A stretch of 64,000 nt of DNA. Source: Candidatus Eiseniibacteriota bacterium (GTDB lineage: Bacteria > Eisenbacteria > RBG-16-71-46 > JABDJR01). The position numbers were made by a program, and so were the translations under genes. The stretch lies in assembly GCA_963762255.1 (NCBI GenBank), contig CAVXKA010000003.1, positions 480,001 to 544,000 on the forward strand, in the 5' to 3' direction. The stretch's first letter is position 1. Each line of letters starts with the position of its first letter. The notes beneath the pieces were generated by a model. The model worked only from the letters and a program-made list of their open reading frames with translations, did not search any database and was not told where the DNA came from. This document shows, one piece after another, positions 10,831 through 21,595 of this stretch.

Positions 10831-12465
10831 TCATTTGAGCACGATGCACGGCTTCCCGAGGCTCGTACCGGCGTGCTCCAGGCGGTAGAAGTAGACGCCG
10901 CTGGGGAGCCCGGCGGCGTCCAACCGCACCTCGTGCTCCCCCTCTTCCTGCACGCCCTCCAGAAGCATCCTCACCCGCCGACCTGCGACGTCGAACAGAG
11001 CCAGGGAGACCTGGCCCGCTTCAGCGAGCCGGAACCGGATCGAGGACGTCCCCCGGAAGGGGTTGGGCGTGTTCTGGGCCAAAACCACCGGCACACGACC
11101 GCCCGTCGAACCGCCCTCCACACCGGTGGTCGAGGTGAACCCGGCAGCTTGCAGGCCCCGCTGGATGTCGGGGTTCTGCATGAAGCGGTTCCACACTCTG
11201 CCCGTGCGGTAGTTCTCGATCATGATGATGATGGGACCCTGATCGATCCCGATGTAGTCGGGCCCCCACCAGTTCAGGGTGAGGTTGAAGGCATCCTTGA
11301 AACCGTACGGCCCCCAGAGCTGTGCTCCATAGGTGTCATACATATTGTGCAGGGTCGGAATCACCTCGTCCGGCGCGAACGCGATCGAGCTTGCCGGTGC
11401 GGTCGGGGTGATGGTGCCGTCATCGTTCTGGATAGGCGGCGCGCCCCGAGCGGCGTACCCGTACGGTCCGTCGGAGGCGGTGAGCCCCCAGAGGTTCGGC
11501 CCGTAGCCCACGAAGTGCCCGGGGTTGGCGATGCAGTACGCCCGCTGTGCGAGAGTCGCCCGCCGGGAGTTCTCGAAGTAGGTGATCCCCTTCGCCGCCA
11601 TGTAGGCGTCCTGGATGAACTTGAAGTTGATCCAGCAATGCGAGTACTGGTGTCCGAAGAGCGGGGGGAATCTCACGAAGGAGTACGCGCCGTACGTGTA
11701 CCAGGCGTACCCGCTGGTCCACGTGGTCCACGCGCTGGCGGGCACCGCGTTCGTCGGCGAGCCCAGAGCCAGGAGGTAGAGGATCATCGCCTCGTTGTAG
11801 CCGATCCACTGGCCATAACCGCTGAAACCGGTCTCCGGCTTCCATCCCATCAGGATGCCCGGATTCCCGTTCCGCATGAAGTTCCAGTCCGCGCGGTAGT
11901 AGATGGAATCGGCGTACTGCCGCACTAGAGCGTCAAGGGGGTCACTGGTCGAGAAGTACTGCTTGGCGTCGATGATGCCGGCGAAGAGGAGCGCGGTGTC
12001 GATCGTCGACAGCTCGCATGTCCACGTACGGTAGCCGGTGCCCATCTCGAGGAAATGATAGTAGAGCCCCTTGTAGCCGATGGTGCCGGTCGTCCCGGTT
12101 CCCTGGGGCTTGGACCAGAGGGTTTGCAGCGCGGCGAGTACGCGGTCCCGCCCCTGGGTCTTGGTGATCCAACCGTGATCGATGCCGACGCAGATGGCGG
12201 AGAGCCCGAACCCCAGCGAGGCAATGCTGCACGGAGACCAGGACGTGTTCCGGTCCTTGATGAGCCCTGTACTCGTGTTGGCCTCGTTCCAGAAGTAGTT
12301 GAATGCGGTGTGCTGAAGGGTGTCGAGCAGCGCGTCCGTGGTCAGCGACTGGGGGGCCGAGGCCGGGGCACTTGCCGCGAAAGGGCCCGGACCCTGAGCG
12401 AAGGCCGGTGCCGGACCGACGAAGCAGACCAGCGAGGCGAGCGCGAGCACGATGATGCGAGTCAT
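10831..12465 (-). CDS. GH144-like ('glucoamylase family') endo-beta-1,2-glucanase with C-terminal T9SS/FlgD-like sorting domain
   Basis: Signal peptide; SIASLGFGL, GYKGLYYHFL, ELSTIDTALL, GYNEAMILY, PLFGHQYSH, WGLTASDGP, GIDQGPI; CTD LAQNTPNPF..LFDVAGRRVR..LPSGVYFYRL. Confidence 0.87.
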   Translation of the reverse strand: MTRIIVLALASLVCFVGPAPAFAQGPGPFAASAPASAPQSLTTDALLDTLQHTAFNYFWNEANTSTGLIKDRNTSWSPCSIASLGFGLSAICVGIDHGWITKTQGRDRVLAALQTLWSKPQGTGTTGTIGYKGLYYHFLEMGTGYRTWTCELSTIDTALLFAGIIDAKQYFSTSDPLDALVRQYADSIYYRADWNFMRNGNPGILMGWKPETGFSGYGQWIGYNEAMILYLLALGSPTNAVPASAWTTWTSGYAWYTYGAYSFVRFPPLFGHQYSHCWINFKFIQDAYMAAKGITYFENSRRATLAQRAYCIANPGHFVGYGPNLWGLTASDGPYGYAARGAPPIQNDDGTITPTAPASSIAFAPDEVIPTLHNMYDTYGAQLWGPYGFKDAFNLTLNWWGPDYIGIDQGPIIIMIENYRTGRVWNRFMQNPDIQRGLQAAGFTSTTGVEGGSTGGRVPVVLAQNTPNPFRGTSSIRFRLAEAGQVSLALFDVAGRRVRMLLEGVQEEGEHEVRLDAAGLPSGVYFYRLEHAGTSLGKPCIVLK

Positions 12466-12474
12466 TGCAGCCCC

Positions 12475-13503
12475 TTAGAAGGTCACGGCGAAGGTCATTC
12501 GATGCGTTTCCTGGAGTCTCGAATGGTCCGCCCATGCGTAATCGAACTGGAAGGAGTTGGCGCCGAGATTCCCACGAAGGCCGAGTCCGAGGGCCAGGCC
12601 GACGTCCGAATCCTCCTGGAACAGGCTCTGATATCCCGCCCGAAGAGCTACCGTGTTCTTCCACGACCACTCCGCCCCCCCGCTCACACTCTCGGTGTTG
12701 TCGCTGGGGTGAAAGGCGTCCACGGCGAAGAGCAAGCGGCTGTCGGGACTGAGCTGGCGCGGCAGGCTCATTCCCACCCGAAACAGGATCGGGACCGGGA
12801 ACTCGTCGGTGAGGCGCTTCCCGGGAAGCGAGCTGTTGTCACCGTTCTGGGAAGGGTCGTTGTCGTACTGGATCGCGAGGTCGCGCCCGTCGAATGCGGT
12901 ACGCGTGCCCAAGTTGGATAGGCTCGAACCGATCCTGAGTCCGTCCTCGGACACTCGGTACAGAGTTCCCACGCTGAGGGTGAAGGCGTTCAGCGAACTG
13001 TGCCAGATCGTCTCGTTGATGTAGTTGACCTGGATTCCCGCCGCGAACCGCGAAGTGATCTCCCGCCCGTAGCCCAGACTGAGCGCGACATCGGACACCG
13101 TGTAGCGCTCACCCGTCCCCAGGGGCTGATCCACCGTGCGCACGTCGATGTCGCCCGAGTTCAGCGTGGTCACGCTGCCGAAGAGCGCCCCCCATTGGCG
13201 CAGTGGGAGCACTCCGGCCGCGTAGTCGTAGGTGATGTCCGCATACCAGTTGCTGTGGGTGAATTGCAGGGCCGGCCGGTCCAGCGGCCCGAGCGCCGCC
13301 GGGTTGTAGTAGACGGATTGGATGCCGTCGTAGATCGAGACGCCGGCGTTGCCCATGGCGGCGATGCGCGCGCTGGGTTCGATGCCCAGGAACTGCCCGA
13401 TGGCGGTTCCCGTCTTGCTCTGCGCGAACGCCGGCCCCGATGCCAGCACGACGGCCAGGACCGCCGCTCCCACCGCTTTCCTCATGACCGCTCCCATGCT
13501 CAT
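12475..13503 (-). CDS. PorV/PorQ (UPF0164)-family outer-membrane beta-barrel
   Basis: Signal peptide, FLGIEPSARIAAMGNA, SVYYNPAAL, C-terminal DYAW..HRMTFAVTF. This is the last 342 aa of ORF 12475..15714; its ATG overlaps the upstream stop. Confidence 0.85.
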   Translation of the reverse strand: MSMGAVMRKAVGAAVLAVVLASGPAFAQSKTGTAIGQFLGIEPSARIAAMGNAGVSIYDGIQSVYYNPAALGPLDRPALQFTHSNWYADITYDYAAGVLPLRQWGALFGSVTTLNSGDIDVRTVDQPLGTGERYTVSDVALSLGYGREITSRFAAGIQVNYINETIWHSSLNAFTLSVGTLYRVSEDGLRIGSSLSNLGTRTAFDGRDLAIQYDNDPSQNGDNSSLPGKRLTDEFPVPILFRVGMSLPRQLSPDSRLLFAVDAFHPSDNTESVSGGAEWSWKNTVALRAGYQSLFQEDSDVGLALGLGLRGNLGANSFQFDYAWADHSRLQETHRMTFAVTF

Positions 13504-16500
13504 TTGATGATCGCGAACTTCCCGATGTGCTTGCCCAGATCGCCCCCATCCACATGGAAGATGTAGAGCCCGGGCGCCACCTCCAGATTGTCCTTGGTGC
13601 GCAGATCCCACGGCACATAGCCGGCACTGGAACCGTCCTGCTGCAGCGTTTCCACCAGTTCCCCGCGCACGGTGTAGATGCGGATGCGCGCGTTCTGCGG
13701 GATGTTGCGGAACTCGATGCGCCGCTCGCCGCGGCCGGAGACCGCGAATCGCTCCGGTTCGAAACTCGCGGCGCCCACGTAGGGATTGGGCACCACATAC
13801 GGCTTGGCGGCAAAGCCCACCCGCGCGCTGTCCGCGTTCACGTGCGCCCCGCGCGTGCGGAAGGTGAACACGTCGGCGGCCCCGAACGGCTTGATCAGCC
13901 GCAATTCGTACCGATCGCCCTTCGTGGGTGGAACCAGCGTCCCCCGGGAAGGCTGGCCAAGCGTGTCCAGCTTGAGCGGTCCAGGTGATGCGCGGGCGCG
14001 TGGGCTCAGCATCCCGATACGTCACGATGTCGATCTGCTCATCGGCGCGGCTCAGGGTGCCGTCTGGGGCCGGCACCCCGTTGACCGAGTCCCTGTCCAC
14101 GAACCGGAACTTGAGGAAGTGGTCGCCCGCGGGCCCGTGCGCTACCACCCGGAATTTGGCCGGCCGCGCCTGCTCCCTGATTAGCTCGATTGAGGTGTCC
14201 ACCGGCGCGTCGTCGAAGATGATGCTGATGTCTTCGGGATACCCCGGGCGGAGCGTCCGATTGGAGAGGGAGGGTTGGTACTGCAGTTTCAGCCGGGAGT
14301 TCGTCGGACTCTCGGGGGTGAATCCGCTGCGGGCCTCATCGATGGTTGTGACGTCTTGGGTCTTGATCACCGGGAGGAGTCCCCCACCCACCGGCCCGAT
14401 CCCCAGTCCCTCCAGGTCCGTGCCGCTCTTGAACAACGTCCGGTGGGCGGTGCTGTCCCGCAGCGCGTAGGTGTTGGCGCGAACGCTCTCCGGGGACGTG
14501 GTGGCGAAGGTAAGAGCGATGAGGTGGTCCTCCGGTATGAGATTCGAGTTGACGACTTGAACGGAGACGGTTCCGGTCCCGCTGCCGAAAACGTGTCGGA
14601 GCGAGTCGACGGCCCCCGAGATGTAGCCCGGCACCGGCGGCTCCGGCCGCACGGCGACCACGTTCTGCGGGGGATTGAAGCCGCCGCGGAGCGTGCGCGA
14701 CACCGCGATCGCGTTCTCCGAGGGATAGAAAGAGAGGGAGTCCGAACCGTAGTCGTAGGATGTGACGGCGTAGTAGTAGAGCTGCCCGTTCGTCACCGTC
14801 GTGTCGGTCCACGTATGGGTGAGCCCGGTGTCGTTCCCGAGGTAGTACGCCACCCCTTCCACCGTGATGTCGGAGAAGCCCGTCTTGCCGTCGATGAGGT
14901 CGAACTGGGCGATAGGCCGCCCGTTCCCCAACGGGCCGGATCCGGTTCCGGTGGTGATCACCTTGGGGTCGCGGAACTCGGGATCCGAGGAGCGATAGAT
15001 GCGGTATCCCTCGAAATCGTAGTCCCCGGTGACCGGGTCGGCCCCGCGCTCCGACACGTCGCTCCACGAAAGCCGCACGTATCTGTCTCCGGCTTCCGCG
15101 GTCAGGGTGGGCATCAGCGGCGGCACCGCGAACCGGTAGTTCGCGTTGTAGATCTGCTGCACCGTCTTCACCGTGCGGCGGAGCTCGTTGAGGTCCCCTC
15201 CGTACGCGAGGGCGAGGCTGAAACGCTCGGTCTTGCCCGCCTTGAGCTTGAACGGCCCTGAAGCGAAAAGGAATCCGATGTTGTAGTTCGAGGCGAGCGG
15301 GGCGTCGAAGCGCACGGCGGGGTCGGGGTCGCTGAACTGCTCGTAGAGCCGCGACGGCCAGTTCGAACTTTCCGTGTAGAAGAGGATGCCGTCGACCTCG
15401 GTGCTGGGGCTGCCTTCCCCCCACTTGATGCGGTTCAGCTTGAAGCCGGTGAGGCCGATCTGGTCGGACTCATTGAGGTCCGTCCGGTCGAAACTGGGTT
15501 CGCCCTCAGTCGGCATGCCGTCCAGCTCGCCGGTGTCGCCGGTTCCGGCGAGGCCGTCCGCCCCCACGTCATGCAGGCTCTGGTTCCAGTCCATGTCCTC
15601 ATCTCCGGTCCACCAGCGAGCCGCTGCGAAAACCGGGCCGCGCCTCCAGAGGGCCGTACTCGGCGACGAACTTCGCCATGTCGTAGTGGGCCTTGACCCA
15701 CTGCTGGATTGCATCCTGCCCGACGATCAGCTCGCCGGGGCCGCCGTCCCGCATCTCGTCGGTGATGCCGTCGTCATCGTTGTCCAGGCCGTCGAGTGCG
15801 TTGCCCGGAGTCTCGAGGTACGCATATCCCAGGTAGCCCGTGCGCCCGCAGTTGCCGGAGAGGTCGCGACCGTGACCGCGGCGGTCCCAGGTGTACACAA
15901 GGTTGACGACATTCTGGTCAAAGCTCCGGTCGTAGTAGGCGTTGTCGTCGTCGGATTCATAAATGTTGTCGCAGGAGAACGCGGACCCCCCCACGCCGGA
16001 GTCCATGTAGAGCCCGAATATGATGTTGTCGTCGTAGTCGGTGGTGCCCTCGTTGGTGATGTCGTAGTGCCAGAAGATGACGTTGCCGGCCTGCGGATTG
16101 GCCCACTGGAACCCGCGCACTTCGATGCGCAGACCCAGGCCGTGACGGCGATCCTGCGGCGGCAGGTGGCTGTCGGTGCTGTCCGGGTAGAAGTCCCACG
16201 CGTCATAGAAGTTGTCGTCCATGACGGTGTAGCTCTCCTGGTCGGCCACCTTCTGCTTGCCGAAGTAACCGTTCCATTTCCCCGACCAACCGGGATCGTC
16301 GGGGTCGCTCCGCTTGTCCGGCCACACGTCGGGCCAGGTAAGCGAATCGCTGCTGATCGCAGGCGAGCGGGCCGCGTTGATGAGGGGGTCGGCCTGGAAG
16401 AACCCGGGGCGAGGCTCGAAGCGCATCACCCGGTTGTAGAACGGACTGATCGCCTGACGCTCGCGGAACCCGGTTTCCATGATGAAGGAATCCAGCCCGT

Positions 16501-16822
16501 TGCGCTGGCGGATCTTGGCGAGCACGAACGGCGTGATGCCGTCGCTGTAGTTCATCCCCGATCCCTTGGGCACCTCCACCGAGTGAAAGACGCTCAAGTC
16601 CACGTTGCCCGGATCGGGCGGGTAATCCCCGACCATCCCGTAGTTCCAGAAGACGGTGCGGATGTTGGCGGCATCGTGGATCCCGGAGCGCTCGGCGTCC
16701 AAGCTGCCGCGCTCTTCCGGCGGCACCAGCGCCTGCGCCCAGCTCCAGGCGCCGAAGACGGCCAAGGCCAGCAGGCCTGCTCCCCTGAAGCAGATCCGAA
16801 CCTGTCTCATGCGAACTCCCAT
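13500..16822 (-). CDS. Large (~1100 aa) secreted protein with acidic Ca-binding loops, FN3-like domain and T9SS-like CTD; frameshifts near 15635 and 13977
   Basis: Joined from ORFs 15599..16861, the 5' part of 12475..15714 and 13500..14012. GAGGAG RBS, signal peptide, DGLDNDDDGITDE, DFEGYRIYRS..YYYAVTSYD, CTD YVVPNPY..IRIYTVRGELV..WDL..APGLYIFHV..GKFAIIK. Confidence 0.75.
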
Positions 16823-16857
16823 GCTCTCCTCACCATGGCATCGTGACTTCGAAGCCG

Positions 16858-19548
16858 TCATTCGCCGTCCGCTGTCGTTCGTTCCCGCGGGCTCACCGTC
16901 ACGCCGATCTCGATCCGCCGGGGCGCGTAGAACCGCGTCGGGTCCTTGAGCGACACCTCGTCCGTCACAGGAAACCGGGAGTAGTACGGGCTGCCCGTGC
17001 TGGCGAACACGCCGCCGTTGAAGAAACGGGTATCGAGCAGGTTGAACACCCGTCCGAAGAGGCTCACGTTGACCCTGCCCGCCTTCAAGTACTTCTCCCC
17101 ACGAAGATCGATGACCGCCCCGGCGGGCTTGCGCCCGGAGTTCGCTTCCAGCCCGCCGCCGAACCCAGCATCCAGAATCGGCGTGTAGGGCTGCCCGCTC
17201 GCCACTCGCAGCACCGCGCTGGCCGTGTACACGTCCGGTTCGGCCAGCGATACCGTCATGTTCACCGTGTGGCGCTGATCCCAGTTGAATGGAACCTGCC
17301 GGGGCCTGGGGTCTTCGCCCGCCGACGCCCGCGTCGCCGTCTCGCGCGGATCACTCGAGTTCCCCTGAGCGAGCTGCCAGGTGTAGTCGACGGCCACACT
17401 GGCCGGCCCCAGCTTCCGGTCGTCCAGCGTGACCGTGAAGCCGACCACGCTCCCGAAATCCACGTTGGTCAGGCGCGCGTACTCGGCATCGTTGTAGGTG
17501 GTGATGAACTCCACTCCCAGGAGATCCCGGATGTCCTTGTAGAACGCGGTCACGTCGACCCCGATGTCGTCGGTGACCGCGTGCTTGTAGCCGAACTCGT
17601 ACTGGACGGTCTTCTCCGGCTTCACGTCGGGGTTTCCCAGCACCCCATAGCTGATGCCCCCGGCTTGAAGACGGCTCAGCACCGCGTAGTTGGCGTTGTC
17701 GAAGATGGTCCCGATCGGGGGAAACTGGTAGAAGTGGCCATAGGCAAAGTGGACGGCGGCCCGCTCGGTGATGGGATAGGCCACCCCGAGGCGCGGCGCC
17801 AGCACCGCCTTCTGCGTCGCTGAAACGAGCGTGGAAGGGGGCGCGCCTGCGATCGAGTTCGCCGGGTTGGCGAGATCGCTCGGCACCTTGGCGCGGGAAT
17901 CGAAGAACTCGAAACGCACGCCCGCGCGAAGGGTGAGATCGGTCCACTCGATCTGGTCCTGGGCGTAGAGCGCCGCGGTCAGCGGGTGATACTTCACCAC
18001 GCCCGGATAGTCGGGCGGCTCGTGGTCGTGCCGCACCAACCGCTGCTCGCCTTCCACCGTGGTGTAGATCAGATAGCCGGGCGCACCGAACGAGACCTCG
18101 GGCCAGGAGATTTCGGTTCCCACCTTGACCTGATGGTCCTTGCGGACCTGGCTGACCACCGAGCCCTTCACGAGAAAGGTGCTGGTGGTCTGCACGTAAC
18201 GGGTGAACTCCACCCCCTGGATGAACGCCCCGGTCTCGTAGCTGCTGTCCTGGATCGGAGGACCCGCGTCGTCGTAGCCGGAGTCATAGACGTTGTGGTA
18301 GGCGCGATCCGAGTACCGAAGGTAGTTCTGGCGCAGACTCAGGTCCAGATAGGTCGTCGGGCTCACGGTGTGGGTCCAGTCGAGGCCGTGAACGATCGCG
18401 AAGGTCTTCTGCTTGGAGAGCCCGTCCGGGTTCAACCGAAAGGCGAAGTTGCTGCGGCGGCCCTCCGACGTCGTTGACCAGCGCCTGGTAGCTCAGCTTG
18501 TTGTTGGGGATCGAGGTGTTGGTGACCTTGAGCACGCCCGGACCACTCGCGGGAGTACCCGAGCGGCATCTCTTCGTCTGTCGCCGGTGGGGTGAAAGAT
18601 CTTGCTCTCGAAATCCGACGAATCCGTGGGGACGAACTTGCGGATCCCGCGGACATAGTCGTCGAACATGTAGCGGCGGCCGCTCAGAAGGTAGACCGTG
18701 CTCGGGACGGCAGACCGGACCGCTGACTGTGAGCTGGTAGTTCTGGATGGCGGTGGGACGGACTGGTGTCGTCGGCGTTCTCGGCGGCTACCGTTGCCCG
18801 GAAAGACGAATCCCCCCGAGAAGGCCTCTCCGCTCCAATCGAACTTCTGGGTGCCCTCCTTGAGCACCGCGTTGACCACCCCGCTCATGGCCTGCCCGTA
18901 CTCGGCGTCGAAGGTGCCGCTGATGACCTGGACTTCCTGCAGGAGAGAGCGGTCCACGCGCAGGCTCGAGGTGTTGTTGAACGCGTTGTTCACGCTCACC
19001 CCGTCGACCTGGTACTGGACCTCGCCGACGCGCCCGCCTCGGAAGTGACCGTCCACGACCCCCGCCTGGAGGTTCACGACGTCCTGCAGCTCCTGCACCG
19101 GGAGCGCCTCGATTTCCCGGCTCGTCAGGGTGGTCCTGGTGCTGGTGAGCCCCACGTCGACCGGCGGCCGCTCGGCGGTGACGATCACCTCCTCCGTGGC
19201 CAGGGCGGATTCCTCGAGCACGGCGTCGAGTCGGGTGGTGTTGTCCGCGGAGACCAACACGTTCTTCGTGATGCGGGTCTTGTAGCCCATGCGGCCGATG
19301 CTGATCTCGTACGTGCCGGGGGGGACGTTGAGGATGCTGTAGTCGCCTTGCGCATCGGTGAAGGCCCCCAGTCGTCCCCCCACGATGAGGACCGTGGCGG
19401 CCACGATCGGGCGGCTCTGCTTGTCGACCACGCGCCCGGAGATCTTGCCGGTCGTGCCCGCGAAGAGCACCGCGGGCGCCAGAAGGACAAACGTCCCGAG
19501 CGCGACCACCGCACGTATCACCGCCCGCTTCATCACGTAACGCAGCAC
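16858..19548 (-). CDS. TonB-dependent receptor (CarboxypepD_reg-like N-domain, plug, barrel), several frameshifts at 18440-18790
   Basis: AGTTGKISGRVVD, YSILNVPPGTY, HFRGGR..YQVDGV, GTFDAEYGQAMSGVVN, PRLGVAYPI, GNPDVKPEKTVQYEFG, PRRIEIGVTVS; spread over ORFs 18493..19623, 18284..18535 and 16858..18435. Confidence 0.88.
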
Positions 19549-19570
19549 GATCGCGTCTCCTCCCCCGATT

Positions 19571-19641
19571 GAGGATTCCCGGAGGGACGGGGCGGGGCGT
19601 GCTTCCATTCCCGCCCCGTCCACTCGCCAGAGGAATGCCTC
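19571..19641 (-). other. Intercistronic GC-rich stem-loop without U-tract
   Basis: GGACGGGGCGGG (19585-19596) pairs perfectly with CCCGCCCCGTCC (19610-19621); outer stem GAGGATTCC / GGAATGCCTC. Confidence 0.6.
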
Positions 19642-21525
19642 TCAGTTCACCAGGATCATCCTGCCGTTCAGCACCGCCTGCACCGCGCCGCTCTGCGGAT
19701 CCGCGGCCTTCAGCCGGTAGAAGTAGATGCCGGCACTGCCGCCGGTCCCGTCGTACGGAAGCTCGCGCAGTCCGGCAGCCTGAATCCCGAGCGAGCGCTG
19801 CTCGATCATCCGGCCGGCCACGTCGAACATCTCAAAGGTCACCCGACTCGGCGCCGCCAACGTGTAACGGATCGTCGAGCGCGCCGCCGGGTTGGGGAAC
19901 GCGCCCAACAGGGTGTAGTTGAGCGCGGGCTTCAAGCCGGGATCCTCCACTCCGGTGACCGGAGTATTGGCCAGATGGGCCCATGCCGGACAGCACTCGT
20001 TCTCGTACTGCCGGAACCACCAGGTGCGCGTCCCGTAGCTGAAGGTGTACGGGTCGTAGGAATCGCCGTCGAGCAGGTTCACCCCGATGAAGATCGCCTG
20101 ATCGCCCAGATCGGCGGGATAGCCCAGGGCGGTGAGATCCAGGGACATCTCGGCGGTGTAGCCGTCGTCCACGTCGGCCCCGATGGTGTCCACCGTCGTT
20201 CCTGTGTTGAGGTGGAGGGCGATCTGCGCCGTTCCCGCCGTCACCATCTGTGCCAGATAGTCCTGCGGTGATGCGCCGCCCGCCTGAGTCACGTGGAAGG
20301 TCAGCCGACGCCCGAGCAGGTGGTGATCCTCGGTGCCGCGCGCCACACGGTCATTGATCGAGACGATGAACCCGTCCCAACGATCGAGGTTCGGGTGGTC
20401 CTGCACGACCTCGTCCCGCACGTCGAAGCCCATGTAGAGCTTGGTTCCCTTGAAGAACATCTTGACCGTGGCGTCCCCGGGATCGATAACCGTCGCCGTG
20501 CCCCAGGGAAGACCGACCTGGTACTCGCCGGACCGGACCGGCCCCACTCCGGGGTAGGAGGCGCGCAGCGCCTCGTCGCCGAAGCGAATGTCGAAACCGT
20601 CGACCGCGCTCCACACCGGTTCGGTCAAGCTGCCGTCGACCGTTGGATCGGTGTACCCGATCCCCTCCGGGATATAGACCTCGGGCGGGAGATAGGGCGC
20701 AGGGCCCGAGTTGACGGTCACGCTCGGGCGCGCGAACACGTGCACCTCATCGAACCAGGAGGCGTTGCCCCAGGGGCTCTGCCACCACACGCGGTTGTAG
20801 CTGAGCTGGAAGACCATCGGCCAGAGCCAATCGCAGTCGTAGACGGAGATGTTCCACTCCACCACGTCACCCTCGGGGGTGGTGATGTCGTAGCCCATCG
20901 GGGTGAGGTTGAAGCGCATCTCCACGGTCCAGCTCGTGTCAGGGACTGCGTCGGAGTTGGTGAGCCCCTTGACCACGGTCACAGCATCCCAGTTCGCCAC
21001 GTCCGTGGAATCGCGGACACCCACGGAGTCGACCCCCCAGCGGCCTCTGAAATCGGGCATCACGCCGGGGGTCAACGTGGTGCTGTCCGGGAACCACCAG
21101 GAGTACAAGTACTCCGAGGGAGGCTTGGGGAACAGCCCGTTCAGATGATCCTTGATGGCCATCAGGAGACCGTCGTGGCGGTTGAAGTCCTTGGAGCCGC
21201 CGATCGACTTGTCCGGGACCACCACGCCGAGATAGAGCTGGTTCCCGTAGGTGAGCAGCTTGACGTAGGCCTTGGTCGAATCGGAGGGAAGGAATCCCCC
21301 CTCGACCTTCCACCCGCTGCCGGGAATGCCTGTGTCCTTGCCGAACACGAGAAGCGTGGATTCGGCCTTCGCCCAGCCCGACTCGTTGAGCTTGCCGTCC
21401 AGCGTGATCGGGGTGAGGGATCGGCGCGCCCAGACCGCATCCTGGCGCGGCGCCTGAGCCATCGCCGGGATCGAGAGGCCGAACAACGCGCAGAGGAGCA
21501 GAGCGAGTGCCGCTCGGGTTTTCAT
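19642..21525 (-). CDS. Secreted tandem CBM9/DOMON-like sugar-binding protein with T9SS/FlgD-like CTD
   Basis: Signal peptide; two repeats starting ITLDGKLNESGW and PTVDGSLTEPVW with LY(L/M)G..V.D and W/YT.EM; CTD AFPNPA..MFDVAGR..AGIYFYRL. Confidence 0.72.
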   Translation of the reverse strand: MKTRAALALLLCALFGLSIPAMAQAPRQDAVWARRSLTPITLDGKLNESGWAKAESTLLVFGKDTGIPGSGWKVEGGFLPSDSTKAYVKLLTYGNQLYLGVVVPDKSIGGSKDFNRHDGLLMAIKDHLNGLFPKPPSEYLYSWWFPDSTTLTPGVMPDFRGRWGVDSVGVRDSTDVANWDAVTVVKGLTNSDAVPDTSWTVEMRFNLTPMGYDITTPEGDVVEWNISVYDCDWLWPMVFQLSYNRVWWQSPWGNASWFDEVHVFARPSVTVNSGPAPYLPPEVYIPEGIGYTDPTVDGSLTEPVWSAVDGFDIRFGDEALRASYPGVGPVRSGEYQVGLPWGTATVIDPGDATVKMFFKGTKLYMGFDVRDEVVQDHPNLDRWDGFIVSINDRVARGTEDHHLLGRRLTFHVTQAGGASPQDYLAQMVTAGTAQIALHLNTGTTVDTIGADVDDGYTAEMSLDLTALGYPADLGDQAIFIGVNLLDGDSYDPYTFSYGTRTWWFRQYENECCPAWAHLANTPVTGVEDPGLKPALNYTLLGAFPNPAARSTIRYTLAAPSRVTFEMFDVAGRMIEQRSLGIQAAGLRELPYDGTGGSAGIYFYRLKAADPQSGAVQAVLNGRMILVN

Positions 21526-21595
21526 GATGAGGGCCTCCTACCGAGGGGATAAGGATTCCAGGTGCAGGGATACGGAAGGCGGGCGCAGACCATCG

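Noticed and set aside
12475-15714. Apparent 1079-aa FN3-PorV fusion
   Set aside because: Produced by a frameshift near 13977. The intervening translation is junk, and the true CTD and the PorV start (ATGA at 13500-13503) are visible.
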